The position numbers and the translations under genes were made by a program. Positions 1 to 12,428 of a stretch of DNA of 64,000 nucleotides are shown one piece after another (positions within the stretch are counted from its first letter, which is position 1; every line of letters begins with the position of its first letter). The notes below the pieces were generated by a model. That model was not told the origin of the DNA. It did not search any database and saw nothing but the letters and a program-made list of their open reading frames with translations. Origin of the DNA: Felis catus (Eukaryota); NCBI RefSeq assembly GCF_018350175.1, contig NC_058368.1, forward strand, positions 218,118,001 to 218,182,000, read 5' to 3'.

Positions 1-950
1 CAGATTTGTGTGAAGGTTTGCCAACAATTTTCTCTTCTCTGAAGGTATGCTGAAGAAATTACCACAAATAGAAAAAAATTTCATAGATACAACAGCCTTT
101 GTAAAACTAAGAAAGTAATAATAATATGAACATAAAAAGTTAAGCAATCATATTTAAACCAAAGAATAAAGCAAGTAAAATAAAATTTTTATTTTGTCAG
201 TCATTGGAAAACATATTCACATACTAATAAAACAAACTGGTAATATGATTAAACTGTACTAGCAATATATGCCTGCAAAAATAACATTTAAAATACTAAC
301 CATTCTTTGGGTTTTGTGACTAGGGTGTTTATAAATGTAAAATACTTGTATAATTTCCAAATTTTCTATAGTAAGCCTTTTGCTCTTACAATGAAGATTA
401 TTTCTTTACATGTTAGGAAAGAGTTAAATAGTAGGTATGACTGCTCACTACTTGCATATCTCCAAGAGAACTTTGAATCTTGACTGGCCCTTGGCCAACA
501 CCTGGGAATGTGGCCCTTAGAAGGTTCTTAATGTTAGTGATTGATGATTTTGTTATTTAATTAGAACAATGTACCATCCTGTACCAGTGTCTCAGGCTTT
601 CTTTGCACAAAATTCAAGATTGATGATGTGTAATTTGGTTGTTGGGGGTCCTGACTTTCTGTTGCTATGGCTGGGAGTATAAAACGATGTGGCTATGTGA
701 CCTGCCCTTCATAAATCCCCAGATTCTTAGACTTAACTAAGTTTCTATAGGCAGAGACATTCCACACATATTCTTGTAGTAAGCTTCTAGAAAGAAAGAA
801 AGTTCTGTGTAGCCTTTGGTAAGGAAGTTGGAAACCTGTGTCTTCTTTCTGGACTCCATCCAATCTGCATTTGTTTTGTTGATTTTGTTGTGTATCTGTG
901 GCTTTAATAAACCTTGGCCATGAGTATAATTTACTATTATATAGAATCAT

Positions 951-1048
951 GGGGCACATGGGTGGCTCAGTCAGTTAAGCATCCAACTCTTGATTTCAGT
1001 TCAGGTCATGATCTCATGGTCTGTGGGATGGAGGCTGTTTGGAATTCT
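951..1048 (+). mobile_element. CanSINE, 5' part only
   Basis: ggggcacatgggtggctcagtcagttaagc...tcaggtcatgatctc head; CT tract absent. Confidence 0.85.
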
Positions 1049-1058
1049 AAGAAAACAT

Positions 1059-1130
1059 GAAGGAAGGAAGGAAGGAAGGAAGGAAGGAAGGAAGGAAGGA
1101 AGGAAGGAAGGAAGGAAGGAAGGAAGGAAG
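1059..1130 (+). repeat. (GAAG)18 microsatellite
   Basis: Perfect tetranucleotide run. Confidence 0.98.
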
Positions 1131-1200
1131 AATTTTTTGTGTTCTTCCAGTAAATCATCAAATTTGAGGTGGTCATTCAACCTCCAAACAATATATATGT

Positions 1201-1204
<4 letters not shown>

Positions 1205-1231
<27 letters not shown>
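1205..1231 (+). repeat. (TG)13 microsatellite
   Basis: Direct reading. Confidence 0.97.
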
Positions 1232-1371
1232 TGAACACAGCAAATGACTTTCTAATAATTTATTCTCTATCTATCACAGGCAAATTAAATGCTTTATTAG
1301 AAATAAAAAGGGCAAAGTATGCAAGTTACTATACAATTTAATCAGCCATACCTCTAAGTTCCCTGAAAATT

Positions 1372-1560
1372 TTCATTCATTTATGCACGTATTTGTTCAT
1401 TTATTTAACAAATATTTTTGTTAATTATTGTTAAATAAATATATTCTATTCTATGTGTTTGGTATATAATAACAAAATAGTACTGTCTTTTATGGTTCTC
1501 ATTTTCAAAAGATTAAGATACATACACAGAACACTGCAATGCAAAGTTAAAAGTTATATC
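1372..1560 (-). mobile_element. L2 3'-end relic
   Basis: ttcattcattt...catttatttaacaaatattt resembles the reverse complement of the L2 tail; highly decayed. Confidence 0.45.
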
Positions 1561-1599
1561 ATAAAGGAAATTCTTATCATCTTCATTATTGTTAGTGCT

Positions 1600-1842
1600 A
1601 GTTTATGTACAGTAAGCAGTTACTCTGTGCCAGTCTTTTTTAGCCCTAAGCCTTACTACATGATATTTCAATTACAGTCATAATAATTTCTATGATGATA
1701 TCCAATTATGATTCAAATTTTACAGATGCAGAACCCAATCACTATAAGATTGATTTGCAAAACATCACAAGGCCAGTAATCTGAGTACTGTGATTTGAAC
1801 CCAGACAGCTTATTCTGATCCCAGAACTTCATTCTTCACCTA
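1600..1842 (-). mobile_element. MIR
   Basis: attttacagatgcagaa...atcacaaggccagtaa...gatttgaacccagacag matches the MIR core (reverse complement). Confidence 0.75.
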
Positions 1843-2612
1843 TATCAATACCACAAGTTGTTTCAGAAATGTAGAGAGGCTTTGACAGGGCTAGCTGGAA
1901 AAAACAAATCATAGATGAATTAACCTGTACACATGCAAAAAACCCAAAGTGTGACTAGAGAAAATTTTATAACAAGCATTGGGGTTTACAGGAAGGTAGA
2001 GAATAAGTATTCTAAATAGTTGGAAATAGCATGTGTAAAGACCCAATTCTGAAAGCAATGATAGCTTCAGGGACATGTTAAAAGGGCCTTGAACTTGGCT
2101 ATTAATGATCTGAGATTACCAATTTAAAATTCTTAAGAATATATATGCCATAAGCATAGATATAAGAATCTGGCAAACATATTTGTAAAATAGATGGCTA
2201 ATTCTCACTTATATCATTGAGATGGATTTCATGAAACCAAGTCTAGGATCAGGAAGGTTTATCTGAATGCCATTACTCTCATTTAGATAGTAGATTGTTA
2301 CAACCTGAATGGAGTAATGACAATGAAGGAAACAGCTGGACTGACTTTTAAAAAATTGAGGGAAATGAAATAGAAATTTATGAACAAGAAGATATGGGTG
2401 ATAACGCAGGGTCAAGAAACTTAACTTTGGATTCTTGCGTGGACATTTAAGTATACAGAGGTCTCATTTACTAAAATTATGGCAAAATCTTACCTCAATG
2501 TATAATTCTGAAATTGATCAGCAGAAGAATGAGTATTTAAGCAATGGAAATAAATTCAAAGACTTGAGAGTGTGTGTTATTTGAAAAGCTAGGAATGATT
2601 GAGTCATAAATC

Positions 2613-2830
2613 CATGCTGTCCATTATAGTTGTCACTAGTCACCTGTGGTTATTTTTTTATAACTGTTTTTTAAATTAATTAAGATTAATGAAACTTAAA
2701 AATCACTTCCTCAGATTCACTTGTCACATTTGAGAGCTCAAGAGCCACATGTGACTACTGGTTACTCTACTGGACAGCACAGATTATAGAACATCTCCAT
2801 CACTACACACTGTTCTAATGGACAGCACCA
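2613..2830 (-). mobile_element. MER3-like hAT-Charlie non-autonomous DNA transposon
   Basis: gctgtcca...tggacagc inverted ends; internal agccacatgtgacta and tggacagcacagattatagaacat. Confidence 0.8.
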
Positions 2831-3431
2831 CCTAAAACTTCTGGATTTCTGGGATAGAAGAAATGAGAGCAATTATCATACAAGATTGAAAATCAGTAGC
2901 TAAAAAAAGAGGAGAAAAACAGAGAAATGATGAGGCAGTTTTTCAAGGGGAGAATAGTCAAAGCATATCACATGCTAATAGGAATTGAAACATTAAAAAT
3001 TAAATGGTCATTTCTCAATCCCAAACATTCAACTGGCTTTATTACTGATCTTCAAAATCAAACATATTAACAGGATAAAAGGTACTCAAGCAAATGAAAT
3101 TTAGAAGTTACCTTCTAAATATATGTATTCTGATTATAAAATTTTTTGCTTCCTTACTATTTTTTCCACATATAGTAACGACTGATATTCAAACACTTAA
3201 AGAAGGTATGTTAATGTAACAGTTAATGTTTACATACTGAATGAACAAATTTTCAAAGATTGCTTTATTCCTCTAAGCAGACTAAGACACATGGACAAGG
3301 GACCATTTCTAGGAAAAGGCTAAGAATCATCAATATTATTAAATAGAAATAACACTGTTATCAAAGTAACAGAAGAGTGGGACTTACTTGGAAACACATA
3401 TTTTCTTTCTACACTTTAAAAATGTTGCTTT

Positions 3432-3637
3432 GGGGTGCCTGGGTGGCTCAGTTGGTTAAGCATCCAACTCTTGGTTTCGGCTCAGGTCATGTTCTCATGT
3501 TTCGTGGGTTCGAACCCCACATGGGGCTCTGTGCTTACAGTGTGGAGCCTGCTTGGGATTCTGTCTCCCTCTCTTTCTGCCCCTCCCCTGCTCGCTCACC
3601 CTCTCTCTCTCTCTCAAAAGTAAATAAACATTAAAAA
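3432..3637 (+). mobile_element. CanSINE
   Basis: tRNA-like head, CT tract, aaataaa tail; TSD aaaaatgttgct. Confidence 0.97.
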
Positions 3638-5074
3638 TGTTGCTCCAGTAGAAGCTGAACTTCTCATCTCTTCCTCTTCAAAATATTGGTTTGTAGAAAT
3701 TAGTTTTGAGAGGCACTAAAGTATATTCCACTTGCTTTTATTTTAAGGTGAGAGCTCTTGAAAATGATTTACATACCCACTGTTATACATAATTGTTTTA
3801 TTCCTAGAGACTTTTGTTCCTTTTTTATTATACTGATAGAATTTTATTTCCATATAGGTTTTATATATTTCTTCTTTCAATACATAATATTGAATATCTC
3901 ACTTTTATTTAATATTTCATACAGAATCACCCTCATAGCTTTCTTTGAATGCCAAGTTCTCCTGACATTTACCAATCTTCATTTTCTCCCTCCTCTTTTA
4001 GGCTTGAAGATCTATTGTTTATGTTAGGAAAATATTTTCACATTGTTAAAATGGTAACTTTCTGAGAAAGAACTAAATGTGTTGGAATAACACAAACCAA
4101 GGAGAAACAAAGAAAAGAGGTAAGAGCATATTAACAAATACACAGCTGGAAGCAAAGAAGCAGCTGTTTATGTGTATGTTTACATATCACTTATGTACAT
4201 ATACTTACACAGACAGAAGTACATTTAAAATAAACACAAATGAAGATTTTGAATGGTAGTGATCCATTTCATAGGAAGTAAAATAAACACAGAAGTTCCT
4301 GAAGACAATGAAAATGCAATTAGGGTTGTGAAAACTTATTTGGGATTTATAACATATAATTATATTTCAATAAAATCTACATTTATATAAAACTTATTAA
4401 AATAGTTTATTATTCCTAGAAATTAACTTGTATTTAGCAAGGAAGTGAAATACTAAAATTAATGAAATTATAAGTGTTTGTGAAAAATCATTTTGGAATT
4501 GATATGCCAAATAAAAAGTAAAAGCTATGAAAATGATATGTGTAATCTACAATGTTTATTTGACTTTGAAAAAGCTGCTTAACTTAGTCAACATTTTAAC
4601 TTCTATTAAAACTTTCAATTGGTTTGTTTATGTACATGACTTTTTAAGTGGAAATTATAACCTTTCTCACTAAGCAGATAAGCTTTATGATGAGAAAGGC
4701 AACCACATAAAGAAATAATCAAAACATTTATAGGAGTCTATACTTCATTATTTTTCTTAATTGATTTTCCCCTTATTGACATGGTGGAAGATACAAATAC
4801 TGTATAATATTTACTTTGCCAAAACGTGTCTTTTAATGCAGTGTTATCTTTGACTGAATATATCTAAAATATAAATACTCTTTGATTGCACCGTATTATG
4901 CAAAACTTAGCAACAGATAAAAGCTAGTAGATAAATATTTTCTTAATTTTCATTCAACATTCGTCTTCTCAGAGTTACTCAGATAAAATAATCTAAGAAA
5001 CTATCCTTTTGAGTCACGTGCAATTTTGTAGTACACCACTGTACTGCACATTGCAAAGCACCCAGGGATTACCC

Positions 5075-5255
5075 AGACAGTCTCAAATCCTTTTTCTTAC
5101 TTGTATGCCTTTGAGAAAGTTTCTTTGCCTTATTTGTGTCATTTGCAAAATGAGGATAATAATGAGTAACCTGCAAGACTGCTATTAAGACATTAAGCAG
5201 TATTACACTTAAAACATTTAGTGCAGAATATTACACCAAATATGTTTGTTATTTC
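5075..5255 (+). mobile_element. MIR relic
   Basis: tcatttgcaaaatgaggataataatgagtaacct core. Confidence 0.6.
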
Positions 5256-5661
5256 CCTTTATGTTCAAACATTTGCAAATTAAGTGGGTAGAGTGAGACA
5301 TTAAGGAATTGTTAAGCATGCATTCTTCCTAAATCTAGTGTATTTTTGCATTACTTACTATTATTAACAACAATGAGTCTCATATTTAGAACAATGTACT
5401 ATTTGTGAAGGATGCACTGGCAAAGTAATAGTGAAGACAGAAAATGTTTGCACAGGAAGGAGATTAATATTGTGAACATAAAATAAGTTAAACCATATCC
5501 AATATATATATATATATTTTTTTTCCTGAGGGGTCATCATGAGGGGTCATTTTTTTAAACTGGAGAGGAAAAAACTCATTAAACAGAATTTCACAGAGAC
5601 ATAATCCTAGTTTGGAATTTGAAACTGAATGAGACAATTTACCAAGTTTCCTCTATCTATC

Positions 5662-5919
5662 AATTTATTTATTTAATATAATTTATTGTCAAGTTAGCTA
5701 ATATACAGTGTTAACAGTGCGCTCTTGGCTTCAAGGGTAGATTCCTGTGACTCATCGTTTACATACCACACCCAGTGCTCATACCAACAACGGTCCTCCT
5801 CAATGCCCATCACACATTTTGTCGCCCACCTACCACCCCTCTACTCAAACCGCTGTTTGTTCTCTGTATTTAAGCGTCTCTTCTAGTTTGCCTCCCTCTC
5901 TGTTTGAAACTATTTTTTG
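5662..5919 (-). mobile_element. 5'-truncated carnivore/felid L1 3' end (older 3'UTR type)
   Basis: Reverse complement reads gagcactgggtgtggtatgtaaacgatgagtcac...ttagctaacttgacaataaattatattaaataaataaa; homologous to 11700-11860 but with an extra internal segment. Confidence 0.9.
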
Positions 5920-5944
5920 ACTATCCTGTTAAAAGAACTGTTCA

Positions 5945-6876
5945 GAGGATCCTGTGAAGATGGCGGGGTAGGAGGACGCTGGGCTCACCGCACGTCCTGC
6001 TGATCACTTACATTCCACCCACACCTGCCTAAATAACCCAGAAAACCGCCAGAAGACACAGAACGGACTCTCCGGAGCCAAGCACAGGCGAGAGGCCCAC
6101 GGAAGAGGGTAGGAAGGGCAGAGAGTGCGCACTCCAGGGACTGGCGGGTGGGAGCCGTGGCGGAGGGGCGGCCCGCCAGCCAAGCAGAGCCCACGAGTCT
6201 GGCTAGGAAAAGCGGAGGGGCCGGACGGAGTGTGTTTGGACAGCCAGCAGCACTTAACATCTGGGAGGTTATAAGCTAACAGCTCTGCTCCTAGAACGGG
6301 AGGGCTGGAGGACAATGGGAGGGAGAGTTGTTGAGCCACAGATGACAGAGCTCACCTTGGCAGGGAACAAAGGCGCTCGCCAGCACCATCTCCCTCGCCC
6401 GTGCCATCTCCCTCACCCATACCCCAGCCAAAATCCCAAAGGGAACCAGTTCTTGCCAGGGAACTTGCTTGCTCCTGGCAAACACCCAATGCTGTGCTTC
6501 TGTGGATCCATCCCTCCGGAGGGTCTGACTCCCTCCTGGTGCCACAGGGCCCCTCCCGAAGCGGATCTCCGAAGGAAAAGCAAGCTGAGCCTGCCCCTCC
6601 CGCCCCTGTGCACCAATCCACCCCAGCTAATACGCCAGATCCTCAGCACCACAAGCCTGGCAGTGTGCAAGTAGCCCAGACGGGCCACACCACCCCACAG
6701 TGAATCCCGCCCCTAGGAGAGGGGAAGAGAAGGCACACACCAGTGTGACTGTGGCCCAGCAGTGGGCTGGGGGCAGACATCAGGTCTGACTGAAGCCCCG
6801 CCCACCAACAGAAGTTATTCAAGACAGCACAGGGGAAGTGCCCTGCAGTTCCGCACCACTCCAGGGACTATCCAAA
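5945..6876 (+). promoter_or_regulatory. L1 5'UTR internal promoter with YY1-type motif AAGATGGCGG at 5957-5966
   Basis: Most CpG-rich segment of the window; YY1 motif near the L1 5' end, as is typical of mammalian L1. Confidence 0.75.
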
Positions 6877-7776
6877 ATAACAAAACAGAAGAATTCTCCA
6901 CAAAAGAATATCCCCTCCTATCCAGGAGATAGCGACAGCTAACGAACTGATCAAAAATGATTTAAACAATATAACAGAAAGTGAATTTAGAATAATAATC
7001 ATAAAATTAATCACTGGGCTTGAAAACAGCATAGAGGACAGCAGAGAATCTACTGCTACAGAGATCAAGGGACTAAGGAACAGCCAGGAGGAGCTAAAAA
7101 ATACTATCAACGAGTTGCAAAATAAAATGGAGACAACTACGGCTCGGATTGAAGAGGCAGAGGAGAGAATAGGTGAACTAGAAGATAAAATTATGGAAAA
7201 AGAAGAAGCTGAGAAAAAGAGATAAAAAATCCAGGAGTATGAAGGGAAATTAGAGAACTAAGTGATGCACTAAAGAGAAATAATCTACGCATAATTGGTA
7301 TTCCAGAGGAGGAAGAGAGAGGGAAAGGTGCTGAAGGTGTGCTTGAAGAAATCATAGCTGAGAACTTCCCGGGTCTGGGGAAGGAAAAAGACATTGAAAT
7401 CCAACAGGCACAGAGAACCCCCTTCAGACGTAACTTGAATCGATCTTCTGCACGACATATCATAGTGAAACTGGCAAAATACAAGGATAAAGAGAAAATT
7501 CTGAAAGTAACTAGGGATAAACATGCTCTAACATATAAAGGGAGACCTATAAGACTCGTGACAGATCTCTCTACTGAAACTTGGCAGACCAGAAAGGAAT
7601 GGCAGAAAATCTTCAATGTGATGGATAGAAAAAATATGCAGCCGAGAATCCTTTATCCAGCAAGTCTGTCATTTAGAATAGAAGGAGAGATAAAGGTTTT
7701 CCCAAACAAACAAAAGCTGAAGGAATTCGTCACCACTAAACCAGCCCTACAAGAGATCCTAAGGGGGATCCTGTGA
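6877..7776 (+). pseudogene. L1 ORF1p, disrupted
   Basis: 7339-7776 encodes EIIAENFP...RHIIVKLAKYKDKEKILK...QPRILYPASLSF...KPALQEILRGIL*; expected start reads ATA; frameshifts near 6915 and 7220-7250. Confidence 0.95.
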
Positions 7777-7826
7777 GACAAAGTACCACAGACATCGCTA
7801 CAAGCATGAAACCTACGGACATCACA

Positions 7827-10800
7827 ATGACTCTAAACCCGTATCTTTCTATAATAACACTGAATGTAAATGGACTAAATGTGACAACCAAAAGACATAG
7901 GGTATCAGAATGGATAAAAAAACAAGACCCATCTATTTGCTGTCTACAAGAGACTCATTTTAGACCTGGGGACACCTTCAGTTTGAGAGTGAGGGGATGG
8001 AGATTTATCATGCCACTGGAAGTCAAAAGAAAGCTGGAGTAGCCATACTTATATCAGACAAACTAGACTTTAAATTAAAGGCTGTAACAAGAGATGAAGA
8101 AGGGCATTATATAATAACTACAGGGTCTATCCATCAGGAAGAGCTAACAATTATAAATGTCTATGTGCCGAATACGGGAGCCCCCAAATATATAAAACAA
8201 TTACTCACAAACATAAGCAACCTTATTGATAAGAATGTGGTAATTGCAGGGGACTTTAACACTCCACTTACAACAATGGATAGATCATCTAGACACACGG
8301 TCAATAGAGAAACGAGGGCCCTTAATGATACATGGAATCAGATGGACTTGACAGATATATTTAGAACTCTGCATCCCAAAGCAACAGAATATACGTTTTT
8401 CTTGAGTGCACATGGAACATTCTCCAAGATAGATCACATACTGGGTCAAAAAACAGCCCTTCATAAGTATACAAGAATTGAAATTATACCATGCATACTT
8501 TCAGACCACAATGCTATGAAGCTTGAAATCAACCACAGGAAAAAGTCTGGAAAACCTCCAAAAGCATGGAGGTTAAAGAACACCCTACTAAAGAATGAAT
8601 GGGTCAACCAGGTAATTAGAGAAGAAATTAAGAAATATATGGAAACAAATGAAAATGAGAAGACAACAACAATCCAAATGCTTTGGGATGCAGCAAAGGC
8701 AGTCCTGAGAGGAAAATACATTGCAATCCAGGCCTATCTCACAAGAAAGAAATATCCCAAATACAAAATCTAACAGCACACCTAAAGGAAACAGAAGCAG
8801 AACAGCAAAGACACGCCAAATCCTACAGAAGAAGACAAATAATAAAGATCAGAGCAGAAATAAACAATATAGAATCTAAAAAGGCTGTAGAGCAGATCAA
8901 TGAAACCAAGAGTTGGTTTTTTGAAAAAAAAATAAACAAAACTGGCAAACCTCTAGCCAGGATTCTCAAAAAGAAAAGGGAGATGACCCAAATAGATAAA
9001 ATCATGAATGAAAATGGAATTATTACAACCAATCTCTCAGAAATACAAACAATTATCAGGGAATACTATGAAAAATTATATGCCACCAAACTGGACAACC
9101 TGGAAGAAATGGACAAATTCCTAAACACCCACACACTTCCAAAACTCAAACTGGAGGAAATAGAAAGCTTGAACAGACCCATAACCAGTGAAGAAATTGA
9201 ATCGGTTATCAAAAATCTCCCAACAAGTAAGAGTCCAGGACCAGATGACTTCTCTGGGGAATTCTACCAGACATTTAAGCAGAGATAATACCTATCCTTC
9301 TCAAGCTATTCCAAAAAATAGAAAGGGAAGGAAAACTTCCAGACTCATTCTATGAAGCCAGTATTACTTTGATTCCTAAACCAGACAGAGACCCAGTAAA
9401 AAAAGAGAACTACAGGCCAATATCTCTGATGAATATGGATGCAAAAATTCTCAATAAGATACTAGCAAATCGAATTCAACAGGACATAAAAAGAATTATT
9501 CACCATGATCAAGTGGGATTCATTCCTGGGATGCAGGGCTGGTTCAACATTCACAAATCAATCAACGTGATACATCTCATTAATAAAAGAAAAGGTAAGA
9601 ACCATATGATCCTGTCAATCAATGCAGAAAAAGCATTGGACAAAATTCAGCATCCTTTCTTAAAAAAACCCTTCAGAAAGTCAGGATAGAAGGACCATAC
9701 TTAATCATAAAAGCCATTTATGAAAAGCCCACAGCTAACATCATCCTCAATGGGGAAAAACTGAGAGCTTTTCCCTGAGATCAGGAACACGACAGGGATG
9801 TCCATTCTCACTGCTGTTGTTTAACAGTGTTGGAAGTTTTAGAATCAGCAATCAGACAACAAAAGGAAATCAAAGGCATCAAAATTGGCAAAGATGAAGT
9901 CAAGCTTTCACTTTTTGCACATGACATGGTAGTATACATGGAAAATCTGATAGACTCCACCAAAAGTCTGCTAGAACTGATATAGGAATTCAGCAAAGTT
10001 GCAGGATACAAAATCAAGGTACAGAAATCAGTTTCATTCTTCTACACTAATAATGAAGCAACAGAAAGACAAATAAAGAAACTGATCCATTCACAATTGC
10101 ATCAAGAAGCATAAAATACCTAGGAATAAATCTAACCAAAGATGTAAAAGATCTGTATATGCTGAAAACTATAGAAAGCTTATGAAGGAAACTGAAAAAG
10201 ATATAAAGAAATGGAAAAACATTCTGTGCTCATGGGTTGGAAGAATAAATATTGTCAAAATGTCAATACTACCCAAAGCTATCTACACATTCAATGCAAT
10301 CCCAATCAAAATTGTACCAGCATTCTTCTCGAAGCTAGAACAAGCAATCCTAAAATTCATATGGAACCACAAAAGGCCCCGAATAGCCAAAGTAATTTTG
10401 AAGAAGAAGACCAAAGCAGGAGGCATCACAATCCCAGACTTTAGCCTCTACTACAAAGCTGTAATCATCAAGACAGCATGGTATTGACACAAAAACAGAC
10501 ACATAGACCAATGGAATAGAATAGAAACCCCAGAACTAGACCCACAAAAGTATGACCAACTAATCTTTGACAAAGCAGGAAAAAATATCCAATGGAAAAA
10601 AGACAGTCTCTTTAACAAATGGTGCTGGGAGAACTGGACAGCAACATGCAGAAGATTGAAACTAGACCACTTTCTCACACCATTCACAAAAATAAACTCA
10701 AAATGGATAAAGGACCTGAATGTGAGACCGGAAACCATCAAAACCCTAGAGGAGAAAGCAGGGAAAGACCTCTCTGACCTCAGCCGCAGCAATTTCTTAC

Positions 10801-11638
10801 TTGACACATCCCCAAAGGCAAGGGAATGAAAAGCAAAAATGAACTACTGGGACCTTATGAAGATAAAAAGCTTCTGCACTGCAAAGGAAACAATCAACAA
10901 AACTAAAAGGCAACTGATGGAATGGGAAAAGATATTTGCAAATGATGTATCGGACAAAGGGCTAGTATCCAAAATCTATAAAGAGCTCACCAAATCCACA
11001 CCCGAGAAACAAATAATCCAGTGAAGAAATGGGCAGAAAACATGCATAGACACTTCTCTAAAGACATCCAGATGGCCAACAGGCACATGAAAAGATGCTC
11101 AACATCACTCCTCATCAGGGAAATACAAATCAAAACCACACTCAGATATCACCTCACGCCAGTCAGAGTGGCCAAAATGAACAAACCAGGAGACTATAGA
11201 TGCTGGAGAAGAGGTGGAGAAACGGGAACCCTCTTGCATTGTTGGTGGGAATCCAAACTGGTACAGGCGCTCTGGAAAACAGTGTGGAGGTTCCTCAAAA
11301 AATTAAAATAGACCTAGCCTATGACCCAGCAGTAGCACTGCTAGGAATTTACCCAAGGGATACAGGAGTACTGATGCATAGGGGCACTTGTACCTCAATG
11401 TTTATAGCAGCACTCTCAACAATAGCCAAATTGTGGAAAGAGCCTAAATGTCCATCAACTGATGAATGGACAAAGAAATTGTGGTTTATATACACAATGG
11501 AGTAACGTGGCAATGAGAAAGAATGAAATATGGCCCTTTGTAGCAACATGGATGGAACTGGAGAGTGTTATGCTAAGTGAAATAAGTCATACAGAGAAAG
11601 ACAGATACCATATGTTTTCACTCTTATGTGGATCCTGA
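7827..11638 (+). pseudogene. L1 ORF2p (endonuclease/reverse transcriptase), disrupted
   Basis: MTLNPYLSIITLNVNGLN, LQETH, GDFNTPL, SDHNAMKLEIN (EN); [28 protein letters not shown] (RT); HCWWE; ends HMFSLLCGS*; many frameshifts and stops. Confidence 0.97.
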
Positions 11639-11753
11639 GAAACTTAACACAAACCCATGGGGGAGGGGAAGGAAAAAAAAAAAAAGAGGTTAGAGTGGGA
11701 GAGAGCCAAAGCATAAGAGACTCTTAAAAACTGAGAACAAACTGAGGGTTGAT

Positions 11754-11787
11754 GGGGAGTGGGAGGGAGGGGAGGGTGGGTGATGGG
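11754..11787 (+). other. G-rich polypurine tract (G-quadruplex-prone) in L1 3'UTR
   Basis: ggggagtgggagggaggggagggtgggtgatggg: seven runs of >=3 G. Confidence 0.7.
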
Positions 11788-11989
11788 TATTGAAGAGGGC
11801 ATCTTTTTGGATGAGCACTGGGTGTTATATGGAAACCAATTTGACAATAAACTTCGTATATTAAAAATAATAATAATAAATTCATAAATTAAATTCATAA
11901 ATTTAATAAATAAATTCATAGATTCATAAATTAAAACCCAAGATTAGAATTTTTCTTGAGGAAATAGTTTCAAGCTTTATATTTATTTC

Positions 11990-12135
11990 TCCGACCCAAT
12001 TCACCATGTTTTTTATTTTAAAAATAGTGATTATTATGGCATCAACTTCATATGGTTTTTGTAATAATTAACTGAATTAGTATATGAAGTTCTTAAAACA
12101 GATTGGCATATTTTGAGTGGCATTTACAAATACGC

Positions 12136-12165
<30 letters not shown>
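11990..12165 (+). mobile_element. MIR 3' portion with (TTA)n tail
   Basis: tttttattttaaaaatagtgattattat...gttcttaaaacag...gctattattatt. Confidence 0.55.
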
Positions 12166-12167
<2 letters not shown>

Positions 12168-12207
12168 TTGCCAATACTAATTAGCTACTATTTTTTAAAG
12201 CCTAGAT

Positions 12208-12428
12208 GGGCACCTGAGTGTCTCAATTGGTTAAGCATCTGACTTTAGCTCAGGTCATAATCTCACAGATTGTGGATCTGAGCCCCGCATCAGGCTCTGT
12301 GCTGACAGCATGGGTGCCTGGAGCCTGTTTCAGATTCTGTGTCTCCCTGTCTCTCTGCCCCTCCCTGGCTCATGCTCTGTCTATGTCTCTCTCTTTCTTT
12401 CTCAAATATAAATAAACATTAAAAAAAG
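12208..12428 (+). mobile_element. CanSINE (felid type)
   Basis: Head, CT tract, aataaacattaaaa tail. Confidence 0.96.

Larger units (their letters stand above)
411..1190 (+). mobile_element. Solo LTR of the MER21/MER68/MER77 group (ERVL-type), interrupted at 951-1130
   Basis: Starts tgttaggaaagagttaaatagtagg...tggcccttggcc..ctgggaa; has aataaaccttggccatgagtataa near 916-930; resumes after the insert as cttccagtaaatcatcaaatttgaggtggtc...aaca. All resemble recalled MER21-group termini. Confidence 0.6.
5945..11870 (+). mobile_element. Full-length felid LINE-1 (inactivated)
   Basis: GC/CpG-rich 5'UTR, ORF1, ORF2 (EN, RT, C-terminal domain), G-rich 3'UTR, aataaa and A-rich tail; tt/aaaa endonuclease site at 5929-5934. 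Confidence 0.98.

Noticed and set aside
5527..5550. tgaggggtcat x2, resembling nuclear-receptor half sites
   Set aside because: 7-nt spacing is not a common response element; more simply a short tandem duplication
5985..6703. Several overlapping ORFs on both strands in the L1 5'UTR, including a possible ORF0 analogue
   Set aside because: Expected in GC-rich, stop-poor DNA; the 6291-6545 ORF starts at GTG; no resemblance to a known protein
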